A DNA stretch of 27,049 nt from a virus. Its lineage: Duplodnaviria; Caudoviricetes. The stretch is taken from IMG/VR virus record IMGVR_UViG_3300025132_000231, positions 1-27,049 of that record, one strand, 5' to 3'. Position numbers and translations under genes: made by a program. A model generated the notes under the pieces. That model ran no database searches, was not told where the DNA came from, and saw only the letters and a list, made by a program, of their open reading frames with translations. Below, in pieces: positions 25,232 through 27,049 of the stretch. How positions within the stretch are numbered: the stretch's first letter is position 1; every line of letters begins with the position of its first letter.

Positions 25232-25858
25232 CATGACATCAATTATTAAAGTAAATACAATACAAGATGTAGGTGGAAACAACCTATTAATATCTAATGG
25301 ATCAGGAAGTATTACTACTAACAATATAGCTGGTAACAATACTCCAGCTTTTCACGTTAATAAAACAGATAGCACTTCGTGTAGTGCTAATAGTGCTACA
25401 AAGATTACATTTACAGAAGAATATTTTGATACTAATAATGCTTTTGCTGATTCAAAATTTGTTGTACCAAGTGGAGAAGATGGAAAGTATTATATTTACT
25501 TTCATGTTTCACAAGCAACTTTAGAAGATAACAAGTATGTATCAGCATATATTTATAAAAATGGGAGTATGTATGTAAGAGTAATTAACTATGGAAGTGG
25601 AAGCAACTCTAATCAATATACATCAGGCATTGCACTTATGAACTTATCTGCAAGTGATTATATAGAAATATATGTTAAACAAAATTCATCAGGTTCTCAA
25701 AATATTTCTGGCGAATCAGGAGAACCAAGAACTTGGTTTGGTGGATTTAAATTAATAGGAGCATAGCATGGCAATAACTAGATTAAACAACAACTCAATA
25801 ACATCAATTACTGCTTTACCTAGTGCTGTAGCTGTAACTAATACTCCAGCTTTTATGG
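24791..25858 (+). repeat. Dispersed direct repeats bounding the C1q-like domains
   Basis: ACTAATACTCCAGCTTTTATGG identical at 24791-24812 and 25837-25858 (15-nt core at 25338-25352); TTAATAGGAGCATARCATGRCA at 25217-25238 and 25752-25773 (20/22). Confidence 0.9.
25233..25766 (+). CDS. Short tail-tip protein with C1q-like head, paralogue 2
   Basis: NTPAF, FVVPSGEDGKY, IYKNG, LSASDYIE, KLIGA*. Confidence 0.75.
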   Translation: MTSIIKVNTIQDVGGNNLLISNGSGSITTNNIAGNNTPAFHVNKTDSTSCSANSATKITFTEEYFDTNNAFADSKFVVPSGEDGKYYIYFHVSQATLEDNKYVSAYIYKNGSMYVRVINYGSGSNSNQYTSGIALMNLSASDYIEIYVKQNSSGSQNISGESGEPRTWFGGFKLIGA

Positions 25859-26253
25859 CTAGAAGAAATAGTAACCAGTCTTGTGCTAATGGTGCTGATA
25901 CAATAGTAATATTTGATTCAGAACTTTTTGATACAGATTCAGCTTATGACACCTCTACTGGAAAATTTACAGTACCTAGTGGTAAAGGTGGAAAGTATTT
26001 TATCAGTACAAAAATTCGTACTTCAGAAACTGCCGATTGGAATAGTAATGAAATATATATTTTAGTAAATGGTTCAATACAATCTTATGCTGGTGCTTGG
26101 TTTGTAAATGATAATTATGGTACTTTAAGTACACAAATTACAATAGACCTCAGTGCTGGTGATTATGTACAGATTGCTTATTATCAAGGTTCAGGTTCAG
26201 CAAGAAATATTGGGAATCATTGTACTTTTAATGGATATAAATTAATAACTTAA
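25768..26253 (+). CDS. Short tail-tip protein with C1q-like head, paralogue 3
   Basis: NTPAF, FTVPSGKGGKY, LVNG, LSAGDYVQ, KLIT*. Confidence 0.75.
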   Translation: MAITRLNNNSITSITALPSAVAVTNTPAFMARRNSNQSCANGADTIVIFDSELFDTDSAYDTSTGKFTVPSGKGGKYFISTKIRTSETADWNSNEIYILVNGSIQSYAGAWFVNDNYGTLSTQITIDLSAGDYVQIAYYQGSGSARNIGNHCTFNGYKLIT

Positions 26254-26271
26254 CAAAGAAAGGAAAAACAA

Positions 26272-26601
26272 ATGGCTCAACTATCAACTAAAATAACACT
26301 TTACGCAGATTCTCTTGGAGTATCTTCTGTAGATTTTACTAAAGATGTTATGTTGCAAGATGATGGAGATGGTAATGGTGCATATATTAAAGAATGGAAT
26401 CTTGATATTGCTCAACCAACTAACGATCAACTTGCTACATTTGAATCTGCTGGTGATACAGAAGAAAACAATAACCAAATAAGAGCAACTCGTAGAGCAG
26501 CTTATGGTGATATTGGCGATCAGTTAGACGAGATCTATAAAGATATGGATGCTTGGAAAGCTAGAATCGCACAAGTTAAAACAGATAATCCAAAGGAGTA
26601 A
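26272..26601 (+). CDS. XkdW-like / tail fibre assembly protein
   Basis: LQDDGDG.GAYIKEWN....QPT..QL (XkdW-like) plus R..AY..IGDQLD.IY......W...I..VK...PK; GAAAGG SD. Confidence 0.75.
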   Translation: MAQLSTKITLYADSLGVSSVDFTKDVMLQDDGDGNGAYIKEWNLDIAQPTNDQLATFESAGDTEENNNQIRATRRAAYGDIGDQLDEIYKDMDAWKARIAQVKTDNPKE

Positions 26602-26604
26602 AGT

Positions 26605-26643
26605 ATGTGTGAATACTGCAATGGCGAATGTATTTGTAGGTAA
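26605..26643 (+). CDS. 12-aa cysteine-rich micro-ORF MCEYCNGECICR (not in ORF track)
   Basis: AAGGAG (26593-26598) 6 nt before ATG; TAA overlaps the next ATG (TAATG); exactly fills the intergenic gap. Confidence 0.6.
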   Translation: MCEYCNGECICR

Positions 26644-27008
26644 TGCCTTCTCTTTCTGAAAAGACAGAGATAGGATTACCTCTTAAAAATCTATTAGGAT
26701 TATTAGGTATAACTGCAACAGCAGTTTGGGCTTATTTTGGTATTATTGAAAGACTAAATAATATAGAAACTAGAGCTACTTTATTCGAAGCTGATCTTGT
26801 AAAAAACGCAGACCAAACTCCTATAGATCAGGAACAGTTTATGCTATTAGAATTTGTATCAGAACAAGTAGAAGGTATGTCAGAAGATTTAGAAAACATG
26901 GCACATAACAAAGTAAATATTATGAGATTACAAGCTGATATGGAAAAAGCATTAGAAGATATAGAGGAATTAAAAGATAAAGTGAGAGCAAACGGATATG
27001 GTAACTAA
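26643..27008 (+). CDS. Membrane-anchored coiled-coil protein (possible lysis-module protein)
   Basis: One hydrophobic segment LLGLLGITATAVWAYFGII then coiled coil; position after tail genes. Lysis role is inference. Confidence 0.7.
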   Translation: MPSLSEKTEIGLPLKNLLGLLGITATAVWAYFGIIERLNNIETRATLFEADLVKNADQTPIDQEQFMLLEFVSEQVEGMSEDLENMAHNKVNIMRLQADMEKALEDIEELKDKVRANGYGN

Positions 27009-27049
27009 AGTAATTATAGCATTATTATTATTTTCTGGTGGAACTATGA
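26998..27049 (+). CDS. 5' fragment of a hydrophobic or signal-peptide protein (truncated by window end)
   Basis: MVTKVIIALLLFSGGTM..., overlapping the previous stop. Confidence 0.55.
   Translation, partial: MVTKVIIALLLFSGGTM

Noticed and set aside
24084-26253. Diversity-generating retroelement acting on the adhesin genes
   Set aside because: No reverse transcriptase in the window and no ~100-nt TR/VR pair differing only at adenines; shared repeats are only 15-22 nt.
1031-26478. Other short antisense or alternate-frame ORFs in the track (e.g. 1031-1252, 1554-1763, 2542-2730, 2813-3034, 17702-17998, 19346-19741, 23323-23670)
   Set aside because: All overlap well-supported + strand genes and have shadow-like composition without recognisable motifs.
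1041-27008. Stop-codon reassignment, introns or inteins
   Set aside because: Genes tile tightly under the standard code with TAA, TAG and TGA all used as stops; TerL, portal and MCP have normal uninterrupted lengths.

Overview
AT-rich 27 kb segment of a tailed dsDNA podovirus, covering almost all of the DNA-packaging and virion morphogenesis region on the + strand. Gene order: TerS, small ORFs, TerL, portal, scaffold, major capsid, tail adaptor and nozzle (T7 gp11/gp12-like), four internal virion/ejection proteins (one with a lysozyme-like motif), a T7 gp17-type tail fibre, about eight small tail-tip/adhesin/chaperone genes, and the start of a membrane-protein (possible lysis) region. Gene order, protein motifs, low GC and GAAAGG-type ribosome binding sites resemble marine HTVC010P-like pelagiphages of SAR11/alphaproteobacteria (inference, no search run). 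No polymerase, integrase, reverse transcriptase, tRNA or CRISPR array is visible. Main signals not explained by the ORF track: (i) arrays of back-to-back hairpins on both sides of the only minus-strand gene; (ii) a TGTGCRTWGA motif upstream of four structural modules; (iii) a capsid mRNA leader with two nested identical C/AUAA internal loops, and a promoter-proximal cloverleaf; (iv) a tandem array of C1q-like adhesin genes bounded by nucleotide-level repeats; (v) unannotated micro-ORFs, including a 12-aa four-cysteine peptide coupled to the putative lysis region.
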